Assembly (NCBI GenBank): GCA_021790135.1
Contig: JAJYIJ010000001.1
Location: 1 to 48,478 of the forward strand
Source: a bacterium
GTDB lineage: Bacteria; Patescibacteriota; Patescibacteriia; Magasanikbacterales; GWA2-37-8
Reading direction: 5' to 3'
DNA: 48,478 nucleotides
Positions 1 through 8,251 of the stretch are shown in pieces; the stretch's first letter is position 1; the number at the start of each line of letters is the position of its first letter. A program made the translations under genes and the position numbers. Below the pieces are notes generated by a model. It had not been told where the DNA came from, did not search any database, and saw only the letters and a program-made list of their open reading frames with translations.

Positions 1-231
1 CTTACTTGTCCAATCAGAGCGTAGTGTTAATTTGCCAATTGTTATGCCGGCACTTTGGATTCCTGGACCCTATCACGTTTTTATTTTAGTAAATTATGGT
101 CTCAGTCATTCGGTTGCAACAGCGGAGAGCACTGTTTGGTATGTACCATGGCGGAGCTTACTAAGTTTTGTCATAGTTATTGTATTGTTTTTTTTATTGA
201 AACATCGACAAAAAGAAAGTCATAGGCAGTT

Positions 232-3200
232 ATGAAAAAAATTTTAAAGTTACTCGTGCCTTTTGTTGTAGTAGGTATCAGCTGCCTTGTTTTTGCAATT
301 CATTTTTCCTTAGCAGCCACTCAAACAGGATCAATAACGGTTGGCGGAAGCATTCCTTGTGAGGGAACCAGTTGTGGTGGCGGCGGCACGGGTGGCGGCG
401 GCAGCTCCAGTAAACCGGTTATAACGGTAACAGGCACAAGCACCGCTGCGACCAGCGCCCAAGTTGCATGGCAGGTAGCCGCAGATCAAACAAGCAAGTT
501 GACGGTTGCCAGCACGACCTTTCAGTATGGAATTTCTTCCAATCTTGGCACCTATGTTGTGCCGTCTGGTCAAATAGGTGATGCCACTGATAATTTTTCT
601 GTGAATATCAGCGGCTTGACGACTGGAACGTTGTATTATTATTCAATTTGGGCAGAGGATAGTGGTGGAGCAACGAATAAAGCCTCAGGGCAATTTATTA
701 CTAATGTTCCTCCACCAGCGCCAACTATCGCTATCAGTAATGTTTCCGTTTCTGTTAGCACCACCACGTCGACTGTCAGTTGGTCGACTAACGTGAATGC
801 TGATGGACAAATTCTCTATGGCATCTCGGCAAATTATGGCTCAAGCACAGCCCTTCCTTCACCAGATGTCTATGCGATGTCGCATAGTATTACCCTAGAA
901 AATCTTAATCCAAGCACCACATATCATTATCAAATTATTTCAACAGACCAGTCGGGCAATGCTACCTCGACAGCGGATGCGACTTTTACCACCTTGCCAG
1001 TTATAATGCCGCCACCCGATATCACCTTTTCCCCAATCGCCACGACGACCGATTCGATCGTACTCAGTTGGACAAATCCAACGTCACCAGATTTTAATGG
1101 CGTTACTATTGTCCGTAAAATCGGTTCGGCTTCCACCAGCACGACTGACGGCGTTGTCATTTATACGGGAACAGGCACAAACTTCACGGACACCAGCGTT
1201 TCTTCCAGTGTCAATTATTACTATACTGCTTTTTCTTTTAATAGTTCACTCGTATATAGTCCGGGAACATTTGTCTCTGGCGAAGTTGTGACGCCGCCAC
1301 CATCATTTTTCATCAGCAATATTAGTGTTGCTACCTCGACATATGATGCCACAATTAGTTGGACGACGAGCGTCCCCGCCACCAGTAAAATAGATTATGG
1401 AATTACGGCTGCATATGGTAGCAGCGCTTCGGACAGTACGCTTGTTTCAACCCACAGCCTTACATTAAACAATTTAAGCGCCGCCACAACATATCATTTT
1501 AAAATTAGCGGTATCAATAGTGACGGCACGAGTGCCAGCAGCTCAGACAAATTTTTTACAACAGCACCCCCACCGAAGACTACGCTCGCAATTGAAAATA
1601 TTACTGTTAGCGTTGGACAAAACTCCGCTCAGGTGAGCTGGCAGACAAATATAAATGCGTCTGGCCAAATCGAGTATGGTTTGACGACAGCCTATGGCCA
1701 AAGCGCTTCCGACAGTACTGTGTCTGGTTCACACAGCCTGACCCTGAGAGGTTTATCTCCGGGCACGGTGTACCATTATCGTATTTCTGCACAGGATAAC
1801 AATGGCGATCAAGCGGCAACCTCAGATCAGACGCTGCAAACCACTGCCCCTGTTTCTCCACCACCATCAAACCTTCCGCCAGGGAGCGGTGGTAGCACGC
1901 CAGGTTGTAATGGAGATTGTTCTAATCCGGCCTGTGCCTCGCTGCCATTATGCACGTACGTTCCCCCAACAAGCACCGTTTCGAGTAGTGCTCAGCTCAC
2001 ACTGAATAATTTTATTTTTTTAGCCGGTAATCGGCAAATCGAACTGCAGCCGGTGAATGGTACCGTCACAAGTTTGGCAAGCAGTGGCTTCTCGATAAAA
2101 ATTCCTGCAAGTGTCCTGTTTGATACACCCCAAAATCTGATTGTCAAAATCGATGGTGATGGCAACCAACATAATTTTGTTTATGCTTCTTCGACCGCCA
2201 GTTATTTTTCTGATTTTATTTTTCCCAGTCCGGGTGCTCATCGAGCCTTTATTGAGATTGACTATGGAAATGGTTTGTCCGATAGCGTTATTGTTCCCCT
2301 CCGGAGTCTTCCATTTGGTCAGGTGACTGATGGAAGCAATCCTTTAGATCAGGCCTCCGTGACGCTACTGTCCGCTACAGGCCAAGCAGTTTTAACCCGT
2401 AGTTACGGCTTCAATAATCCACTGACAACGGATGTCTCTGGCGCGTTTGGGTGGGTCGTTCCGAACGGTACCTATTCAATCTTAGCAAGTAAAAAAGGAT
2501 ATTTTGATCATCAGCCGCCATCATTTACAATTGACAACAATGTCGTGAATATTTCCGTTTCGCTTGTTCAGGCACCGACGTCAAGCAATGTGATTAGCCA
2601 AACAACAGCGGTAGTTAAATTGGGTCTGCAGAAGATTAGTGACACCGTGACGCAGGTGCAACAGTTCAAAGAAAATAAAACTGTTCAAGCAACGACTGCG
2701 AATGTTGTCGCCCCAACGATTGTCGGTGTCACTGCTGTCGGTGTGGTGGCTTTATCATGGGCCAACCTGTGGCCGTTTTTCCAGCTCCTCTTTTTTGAAC
2801 CGCTCTTACTTCTCGGCCGGCGGCGGCGCGAAGGCTGGGGACAAATATATAACAGTTTAAGTAAACTGCCGATTGATTTGGCAACCGTTCGTTTAGTGAA
2901 TGCTGATACGGGTCGGCTCATTCAGTCGAAAGTAACCGATCGTAAAGGACGCTATGCTTTCATTGCCAGTCCCGGCCGTTACTATATTGAAGTAAATAAA
3001 GAAAATTTTGCTTTCCCATCAGGACTTTTAAAGACGAGCAAAGATGATGGACGCCGAACCGACATTTATCATGGCGAAGCAATCGCAGTCAGTGAAAAAG
3101 ACGCTGTCATCACGGCTAATATTCCTCTTGATCCGGTAGGCGAGATTAAAAAACCGGTTCGTATTTTCTGGCAGCATCTGGCCCGCCGAGTACAACTTGG

Positions 3201-3702
3201 TTTATCATGGACCGGCATCATCATTACATCCGTTGCCTGTTATATCTCTCCGCGCTGGTATGTGTTTGTTTTGCTGGGTGTGCACGCTATTTTTTTCCTT
3301 ATCTTCCGGCGTTTGGCTATTCCACCAAAAATTAAAAGTTGGGGCATTGTCTATGATGCCGTTTCCAGGAAGCCGTTGGCCCGGACAATTGCTCGTTTAT
3401 TCAACTCGCAATTTAACAAGCTAGTGTCGACGCAGATTACCGATAATCACGGCCGCTATTACTTTTTGGCCGGTGATAATCAATATTACGTCACATATGA
3501 ACATCCGAATTATGCCGAGGGGAAGAGCGCTCTGATTGATTTAAATGGAAAGGAAGCGGAAAATATTGCGCTTGATGTGGCTTTGAAAAAAAGTGGCATC
3601 CAATCTTCTAGTGAGCAGAAGATGATGACATCTTCACCGGCACAAGACACTCCTCCTGTTAAAACCATTGTTTCTTCAGAGAAAAAAAATGAAAAAGTAT
3701 GA
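232..3702 (+). CDS. Very large cell-surface protein. It has an N-terminal signal/anchor helix, a Gly-rich linker, about five tandem fibronectin-III-like (purple-acid-phosphatase-N-like) repeats and a Cys-rich spacer. These are followed by carboxypeptidase-regulatory-like (CarboxypepD_reg) beta-sandwich modules interleaved with TM helices.
   Basis: Uninterrupted 1156-codon ORF with an N-terminal hydrophobic helix (LLVPFVVVGISCLVFAIHF). Repeated ~95-aa units end in the pattern SHS(I/L)TLxxLxxxTxYH(Y/F)xI. Modules such as VRLVNADTGRLIQSKVTDRKGRYAF and ARLFNSQFNKLVSTQITDNHGRYYF fit the CarboxypepD_reg pattern. Hydrophobic stretches lie at aa ~825-865 and ~990-1030. Confidence 0.8.
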   Translation: MKKILKLLVPFVVVGISCLVFAIHFSLAATQTGSITVGGSIPCEGTSCGGGGTGGGGSSSKPVITVTGTSTAATSAQVAWQVAADQTSKLTVASTTFQYGISSNLGTYVVPSGQIGDATDNFSVNISGLTTGTLYYYSIWAEDSGGATNKASGQFITNVPPPAPTIAISNVSVSVSTTTSTVSWSTNVNADGQILYGISANYGSSTALPSPDVYAMSHSITLENLNPSTTYHYQIISTDQSGNATSTADATFTTLPVIMPPPDITFSPIATTTDSIVLSWTNPTSPDFNGVTIVRKIGSASTSTTDGVVIYTGTGTNFTDTSVSSSVNYYYTAFSFNSSLVYSPGTFVSGEVVTPPPSFFISNISVATSTYDATISWTTSVPATSKIDYGITAAYGSSASDSTLVSTHSLTLNNLSAATTYHFKISGINSDGTSASSSDKFFTTAPPPKTTLAIENITVSVGQNSAQVSWQTNINASGQIEYGLTTAYGQSASDSTVSGSHSLTLRGLSPGTVYHYRISAQDNNGDQAATSDQTLQTTAPVSPPPSNLPPGSGGSTPGCNGDCSNPACASLPLCTYVPPTSTVSSSAQLTLNNFIFLAGNRQIELQPVNGTVTSLASSGFSIKIPASVLFDTPQNLIVKIDGDGNQHNFVYASSTASYFSDFIFPSPGAHRAFIEIDYGNGLSDSVIVPLRSLPFGQVTDGSNPLDQASVTLLSATGQAVLTRSYGFNNPLTTDVSGAFGWVVPNGTYSILASKKGYFDHQPPSFTIDNNVVNISVSLVQAPTSSNVISQTTAVVKLGLQKISDTVTQVQQFKENKTVQATTANVVAPTIVGVTAVGVVALSWANLWPFFQLLFFEPLLLLGRRRREGWGQIYNSLSKLPIDLATVRLVNADTGRLIQSKVTDRKGRYAFIASPGRYYIEVNKENFAFPSGLLKTSKDDGRRTDIYHGEAIAVSEKDAVITANIPLDPVGEIKKPVRIFWQHLARRVQLGLSWTGIIITSVACYISPRWYVFVLLGVHAIFFLIFRRLAIPPKIKSWGIVYDAVSRKPLARTIARLFNSQFNKLVSTQITDNHGRYYFLAGDNQYYVTYEHPNYAEGKSALIDLNGKEAENIALDVALKKSGIQSSSEQKMMTSSPAQDTPPVKTIVSSEKKNEKV

Positions 3703-3733
3703 ATTTTCTCTTATATTAGCAAAAATTGTTGAG

Positions 3734-3762
3734 TTGACAAAAGGACTAAAATATGCTATACT
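3734..3762 (+). promoter_or_regulatory. Sigma70-type promoter (TTGACA-17 nt-TATACT)
   Basis: TTGACA at 3734-3739, exact 17-nt spacer, TATACT at 3757-3762. It lies just downstream of the stop of the large surface-protein gene. Confidence 0.5.
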
Positions 3763-3768
3763 TATTTT

Positions 3769-3884
3769 ATATTAAGATCTTAATTACAACATAGATACAG
3801 ACGAACAGTTGCGACTGAATCGGAAAAATATGAGACCGCGTCGGCGGAGTCTGTCTATGCTTTGGTTATATCTTAATTTTTTTT
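3769..3884 (+). ncRNA. Candidate ~115-nt rod-like small RNA or leader ending in a U-tract. Family not recognised.
   Basis: Nested inverted repeats: TTAAGAT (3772-3778) pairs with ATCTTAA (3870-3876), and CATAGATACAGAC (3790-3802) pairs with GTCTGTCTATG (3849-3859). There is an inner CGAC/GTCG pairing. An 8-nt T-run follows at 3877-3884, and the consensus promoter above sits upstream. RNA ends are approximate. Confidence 0.3.
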
Positions 3885-3918
3885 ATGGTCAGATAAATTT
3901 ATTTTTAATTGCCTATCT

Positions 3919-4044
3919 ATGGTTTCCCCCCATCCTCTCCTTAAAAAATGCAGCGAACCGATGACCGCTTTTGTGATGGCGCTATTCGTCCTGACGATCT
4001 GGGGCGCAATATTCCCGATCACGGTGTATGCAGCAATCACATAG
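3919..4044 (+). CDS. Candidate 41-aa hydrophobic micro-protein (MVSPHPLLKKCSEPMTAFVMALFVLTIWGAIFPITVYAAIT)
   Basis: ATG..TAG ORF below the 60-aa ORF-track cutoff. It has one predicted TM helix and sits between the candidate RNA and an intrinsic terminator. No clear Shine-Dalgarno sequence and no homology evidence. Confidence 0.2.
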   Translation: MVSPHPLLKKCSEPMTAFVMALFVLTIWGAIFPITVYAAIT

Positions 4045-4085
4045 TATGCGCTGAGTTAAATACAATCAATGCATGTCCCTTTGAG

Positions 4086-4110
4086 CCGCCCACCCGGGCG
4101 GTTTTGTGTT
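4086..4110 (+). terminator. Rho-independent terminator
   Basis: CCGCCC (4086-4091), loop ACCC, GGGCGG (4096-4101), followed by TTTTGTGTT. Confidence 0.6.
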
Positions 4111-4114
4111 GGTA

Positions 4115-4143
4115 TTGACCAATCGGACTTTTTTATTTATACT
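4115..4143 (+). promoter_or_regulatory. Sigma70-type promoter for tRNA-Ala (TTGACC-17 nt-TATACT)
   Basis: TTGACC at 4115-4120, 17-nt spacer, TATACT at 4138-4143. The mature tRNA 5' end is 16 nt downstream. Confidence 0.55.
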
Positions 4144-4158
4144 ACGTTTCACAATTAT

Positions 4159-4226
<68 letters not shown>

Positions 4227-4232
<6 letters not shown>

Positions 4233-4349
4233 CACGGTTTGCCGGTTCTAGAAATTTGAACCGGTTTTTGTTTTAGCTTAGCGGTAATTTTGTGGTTCAA
4301 GACTGACAAATTTCGTTGTTACTAAAAAATGTACTCTTGAGACTTTTTG
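4227..4349 (+). repeat. Direct repeat copy A (~122 bp). It starts in the last 6 nt of tRNA-Ala and includes the tRNA terminator hairpin.
   Basis: GGTCCACACGGTTTGCCGGTTCTAGAAATTTGAACCGGTTTTTGTTTTAGCTTAGCGGTAATTTTGTGGTTCAAGACTGACAAA... aligns by eye to 5281-5401 at roughly 90% identity. It contains the hairpin CCGGTTC/GAACCGG followed by TTTTT. Confidence 0.9.
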
Positions 4350-4457
4350 CTAATTCAATTTATTTTTGCTCTGGCCTTAGTTGCAAAGGCACGGCTTTAG
4401 CGATAAGATATTTTCAAAGGAGAGTTTATTAGTAAATTTGCTATTTAATTTCAATTT

Positions 4458-4697
4458 ATGTCTAGAGAGAGTGGCCCAGGTATTGAAGTAATTATGGTTA
4501 CCAGAGAAAAAGTTATTGATTTCATTTTAAAAAATGTACCTCAATATTCGAAGGCAGAATTAGACCGAACCGTTGGCGATGGCCAGACTACTTTAAATTA
4601 TTTTTTAAATGAGGCAAAAAACGGAAGCGAATGGACTGATCCGCATGGATTCAAAATAAACGTGCTTAATGACGAATTCAAAATAACTATAAATTAG
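4458..4697 (+). CDS. Hypothetical protein (79 aa; start may be the internal Met at codon 13)
   Basis: ORF only, with no recognisable motif. It lies inside the repeat-bracketed cassette. Confidence 0.4.
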   Translation: MSRESGPGIEVIMVTREKVIDFILKNVPQYSKAELDRTVGDGQTTLNYFLNEAKNGSEWTDPHGFKINVLNDEFKITIN

Positions 4698-4754
4698 TAA
4701 CAAAAGATTATATCATAGTTCGTATCTTTAAAAGGCCTTCCCATAATTTACAGT

Positions 4755-5252
4755 GTGAAAAAACCAATTGAAATTTACCCGGCTAAAATAAAGGATACGA
4801 TTGGTATTTTTTTGGTACAGAGAACAGTGTGGCTTGCCACCTATCCGAATAAGGAATTTGGAGTCACAAGGAATTGGATAAAAGCTCATTTTTCAGACAA
4901 AAAGAAACGAGTGGCGCGTTGGAGAAAAGGAGTTAGAGAATCAAAAGATAGCTGTGTTTGGGTAGCAAAAGAAGGCAAACGTGTCGTGGGTTTTTGTGAA
5001 GCTTTAAAAATGAAAAAGCACAGAATAGGCACGATCTATATCTTACCGAAGTATCAACATCGTGGAATTGGCCAGGCTCTTATGACCCAAGCATTGAATT
5101 GGTTTGGGAAACAACGAAATATTTATGTCGGAGTTGCACCTTATAACACGAAAGCAATTAATTTTTATAAAAAATTTGGATTCAAAATTAAAGGCCCAGT
5201 GGAAACTGGACAGTTGCCCGAAATAGAAATGGTTAGGAAAGCTAGACCATAG
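4755..5252 (+). CDS. GNAT-family N-acetyltransferase
   Basis: 165-aa ORF with a GTG start. The acetyl-CoA binding motif R-G-I-G-Q-A-L (Q/RxxGxG/A) lies within ILPKYQHRGIGQALMTQALNW, and the C-terminal NTKAINFYKKFGF matches the GNAT pattern. Confidence 0.8.
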   Translation: MKKPIEIYPAKIKDTIGIFLVQRTVWLATYPNKEFGVTRNWIKAHFSDKKKRVARWRKGVRESKDSCVWVAKEGKRVVGFCEALKMKKHRIGTIYILPKYQHRGIGQALMTQALNWFGKQRNIYVGVAPYNTKAINFYKKFGFKIKGPVETGQLPEIEMVRKARP

Positions 5253-5280
5253 GACTAAAATTTCCAAAATCGCCAATGAA

Positions 5281-5401
5281 GGTCCACACAGTTTGCCGGT
5301 TCTAGAAACTAGAGCCGGTTTTTGTTTTAGCTTAGCGGTAATTTTGTGGTTCAAAACTGACAATTTTTATTACTATTAAAAATGTACTCTTGAAACTTTT
5401 G
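5281..5401 (+). repeat. Direct repeat copy B of the tRNA-Ala 3' end/downstream segment
   Basis: GGTCCACACAGTTTGCCGGTTCTAGAAACTAGAGCCGGTTTTTGTTTTAGCTTAGCGGTAATTTTGTGGTTCAAAACTGACAA... The hairpin is kept through a different pairing (CCGGTTCTAG/CTAGAGCCGG) and is followed by TTTTT. Confidence 0.9.
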
Positions 5402-5599
5402 GTTTAGACAGGATAATTTCAAGAATCTTTCATTCAATCTTAATATCCTTTAATGATTGACAAGGTGACATAATTACTATACTCTTTTCCAATCTGACAA
5501 AATGAGTGGAAGTGATGGCGGCTTGCTTCTGCTATTGCTCCCCTTCATTTCGGAGGGTCTCTGACAACTGCACCAAAAGGTGCGGGAAGGAAACGCGAG

Positions 5600-5905
5600 A
5601 TGCTCGTATTCATCGTCGGCAAGACGGTTCTTGCCCCTCCCAAGAACTTTCCCAAAAGGGGGTTTGCGTGCCACCTGGACACCCCTTTCTGCATCTGCAG
5701 TGAATGGCGGTGCAGTATGGCCTATCTCTTCCACGATAGAGAAATCGTGGCGAAGGGAATCATCAAGACTGAAGGCGACGCCAAGAAGCTCATCAAGTTC
5801 TGGCGGACCGAGTTTCACATCCCTCGACACCGCCACCGCGCGATGAAGAGGATCCTGGTGTTCAGCGTCAGAAGGAACGCGACGTTGGAAGAGATGTCGC
5901 TGTAG
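5600..5905 (+). CDS. Hypothetical 101-aa protein (or gene remnant) of apparently foreign, GC-rich origin
   Basis: By hand count, 78 of 101 codons end in G or C, while first and second positions are mixed. This is the signature of genuine coding in this frame from a high-GC donor. An AGGA-like motif sits ~9 nt upstream of the ATG. No family was recognised. The mirror ORF 5477-5920 (-) shares codon boundaries and is the antisense shadow. Confidence 0.4.
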   Translation: MLVFIVGKTVLAPPKNFPKRGFACHLDTPFCICSEWRCSMAYLFHDREIVAKGIIKTEGDAKKLIKFWRTEFHIPRHRHRAMKRILVFSVRRNATLEEMSL

Positions 5906-5978
5906 CCACCGCCTGCTCATGGGCAGGAGCGCAGCTCAGCTGAAGGGGATCTCCGCGAACTATGGCTCGCGGACATCC

Positions 5979-6008
5979 AAAAATAGTCCATTTGATTGGA
6001 CTATTTTT
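5979..6008. terminator. Bidirectional rho-independent terminator
   Basis: AAAAA, TAGTCCA (5984-5990), loop TTTGAT, TGGACTA (5997-6003), TTTTT. It lies between the GC-rich segment (+) and the TrmB-like gene (-). Confidence 0.65.
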
Positions 6009-6060
6009 GTTTACTGCTCGTATATAAAATATTGATGCTAACCATGCTTTTGTTCAAAAA

Positions 6061-6822
6061 TTATATTTTTTCCCACAAAAGACGATAGGCTGATTCTTGC
6101 ATCGCATGTATCTCCTGGCTTTCAATTACGACACCCATAAAGTTTTCCTTGTAAGAAATTAAGGCCACTTTATCAGCATAAATTTCCGTATCGGCTTTAA
6201 AAGCAAAACCTTCACGGTCAATTAATTTAATCTGACGCAGCGTTTGTGGCGCTGAACGCAACCACTCCATTGCCGCCGGTGATCGGGGCGCGATCACGTT
6301 GACCGCGATTTTTCGTTTGACACGTTCGGCGATGTAATAGTCGGAAAAATCTTTTGGAAACAGTTTATAAAAATCCACCATACCGGTATAGGCCAAAATA
6401 GTGTCACCAACGCGTGAACTGTTGAGCGAATCCATGTACAGTTCGCGCATGCCCCCTTCGCCTTCATACAAGGTAATTTTTGGTTTAGAGGGCAAAATGT
6501 TGTGAAGTGCGCGCAGCTCAGGCAGAAGCCGATCTAACTGCCGTTCTTGTTCTTCGAGACGATTTTTAAGCGAGCGTACATCCTCAACGAAAAAAATGCG
6601 ATGTTTATTTCGGAGTGTCGTTTGTACCAGACCGGCCGCAACCATCCCTGGCAATAAATTGTATACCGTCGTGCGTTTTACAGCGGCTTTTTTGGCAATT
6701 GAAATCACCGAGCCTTCACCAAGTGAAAGAAGCGCGGTATAAATGTGCGCTTCTTTATCTGAAAGGCCAACGCTTTGTTGAAGAGAGGTCAGAACACCCA
6801 TAATGTCTGCTAAAATAGACAA
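6061..6822 (-). CDS. TrmB-family transcriptional regulator
   Basis: N-terminal winged HTH (GLSDKEAHIYTALLSLGEGSVISIAKKAAVKRTTVYNLLPGMVAAGLV) followed by a coiled-coil and a C-terminal effector domain, as in TrmB regulators. Confidence 0.75.
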   Translation of the reverse strand: MSILADIMGVLTSLQQSVGLSDKEAHIYTALLSLGEGSVISIAKKAAVKRTTVYNLLPGMVAAGLVQTTLRNKHRIFFVEDVRSLKNRLEEQERQLDRLLPELRALHNILPSKPKITLYEGEGGMRELYMDSLNSSRVGDTILAYTGMVDFYKLFPKDFSDYYIAERVKRKIAVNVIAPRSPAAMEWLRSAPQTLRQIKLIDREGFAFKADTEIYADKVALISYKENFMGVVIESQEIHAMQESAYRLLWEKI

Positions 6823-6949
6823 ATTAAATGTAGGTAAATTTTATTATAAGTTAGCCATATTGTCAATATTATGTGCATATATTTAAATAAAATGTCCAAA
6901 AAATTATTAAATTCTATATACTAGTTTAAATTAATTTTTAATAAAGAAT

Positions 6950-8107
6950 ATGAATAAAAAATCAACAATAGGTTGGCTAACAGGCATCGTTGTTATCACC
7001 CTTGTTGTGGGGGCAAGTTGGTACTCTTTGACTCATGCAAAGAGCCAAAGCAAACCAATTGAAGTCGGTTGGATTGGGCCTCTGACCGGACCGGATGCCA
7101 CGTTCGGTCAGGAAGAAAAAAATGTCATTAGCATGGCTTTAGAAGATATTAATAGCCATGGCGGGATTAAAGGGCGTCCCATCCAGATGATTTATGAAGA
7201 CGGTCAATGCAGTGGCCAGGCTGCCGCCAACGCGGCTCAAAAACTAGTGAGCGTTGACCAGGTTAAAATAATTTTAGGCGGTGCTTGTAGTGGTGAAACG
7301 CTGGCAGCCGAACCAATCACTAATCCAGCCCACGTGATTTTATTTTCTTCTTTTTCGTCTAATGCTGCTGTGACTGAGGCCGGCGATCACTATGTATTTC
7401 GCAACACTCCGCCTGATACTACAATGGCAGATGGCGAAGTCGAAGTGGCCGTCAAAGATGGATTTACTAAGCTTGCGCTCCTAACAGAAACCACCGATTA
7501 TGCCCAGGGAATGCGCACGGAAATTCTACAAAAAATTCAAGAGTTAGGCGCAACAGTCGTTGCTGATGAAAGCTACGACTCTAGTGCGACAGATTTTCGC
7601 ACCGAGCTGACTAAAATTAAAGCCGCCAATCCTGACGCTTTGCTTGTTGTCGCCCAGAGTGGAGTATCTGCTGGCTTGATTGTTAAACAGGCCAATCAGC
7701 TCGCTCTGGGAGCAAAAATATATGGCGATAATGCCTTTAGTAGTGGAGATATTTTTCATGTCGCTGGCAGCGCCTTAAATGGAATAAAATTTATTGATGA
7801 GCCGGGTTTGAATGGTGGCAATAGCCAAGCCGAAGGCTTACTCACGCGTTATGAAGCCCGCTACGGTACGCCAGCCAGCGAATGGGGAATCGGCACGCGC
7901 TATGATTCGGTATATATTTTGGCGAATGCGCTGCGTGCGTGTGATGTTGATACCGATTGTATCCAACATTATCTTCATACCATGCCTAATTATAACGGCG
8001 TGGCTGGAACGTATCACTTTGACCAAAAAGGAGACCCGGTCGGTATGAAAACATATACAGTAAAAATAGTGACCGAAGGAGCGACGGGCAAGATTGAAGA
8101 TTTATAA
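6950..8107 (+). CDS. ABC-transporter substrate-binding protein, Leu/Ile/Val-binding (LivJ/K-like, Peripla_BP_6) family
   Basis: Signal-anchor helix followed by IEVGWIGPLTGPDATFGQEEKNVISMALEDINSHGGIKGRPIQMIYEDGQC and VKIILGGACSGETLA, which are typical family blocks. No permease or ATPase gene is adjacent. Confidence 0.8.
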   Translation: MNKKSTIGWLTGIVVITLVVGASWYSLTHAKSQSKPIEVGWIGPLTGPDATFGQEEKNVISMALEDINSHGGIKGRPIQMIYEDGQCSGQAAANAAQKLVSVDQVKIILGGACSGETLAAEPITNPAHVILFSSFSSNAAVTEAGDHYVFRNTPPDTTMADGEVEVAVKDGFTKLALLTETTDYAQGMRTEILQKIQELGATVVADESYDSSATDFRTELTKIKAANPDALLVVAQSGVSAGLIVKQANQLALGAKIYGDNAFSSGDIFHVAGSALNGIKFIDEPGLNGGNSQAEGLLTRYEARYGTPASEWGIGTRYDSVYILANALRACDVDTDCIQHYLHTMPNYNGVAGTYHFDQKGDPVGMKTYTVKIVTEGATGKIEDL

Positions 8108-8134
8108 GCATCCTCAGTGTCCGGGAATATCAAA

Positions 8135-8162
8135 AGCAATCGAGCAATCGGTTGCTTTTTTG
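8135..8162 (+). terminator. Rho-independent terminator
   Basis: AGCAATCG (8135-8142) pairs with CGGTTGCT (8149-8156), followed by TTTTTT. Confidence 0.6.
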
Positions 8163-8251
8163 TTGCTGGCCTCCTGAAGAGGCTTGTCATCTCTGTGGCA
8201 GCGTGGTATTGTTTGGGAGAAATATAGAATGAATCATAGCGATTTTAATGT

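Noticed and set aside
32-235. 67-aa ORF at the window start
   Set aside because: No motif was recognised, and it ends overlapping the start of the large surface-protein gene. It is more likely part of that gene's promoter and leader region. It cannot be evaluated further at the window edge.
5477-5920. 147-aa minus-strand ORF spanning the GC-rich segment
   Set aside because: It shares codon boundaries with the plus-strand ORF 5600-5905, so its third positions are the plus ORF's first positions. The GC3 bias is on the plus frame. The product is Arg/Pro-rich, typical of an antisense shadow in GC-rich DNA.
5500-5978. Possibility that the GC-rich segment is RNase P RNA, tmRNA or SRP RNA
   Set aside because: None of the universal signatures is present on either strand. 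These are GGAAAGUCC / ACAGAA..GGCUUA for RNase P, a tRNA-like GGGG...UCCACCA end with a tag ORF for tmRNA, and GGAA tetraloop plus AGCAGC for SRP.
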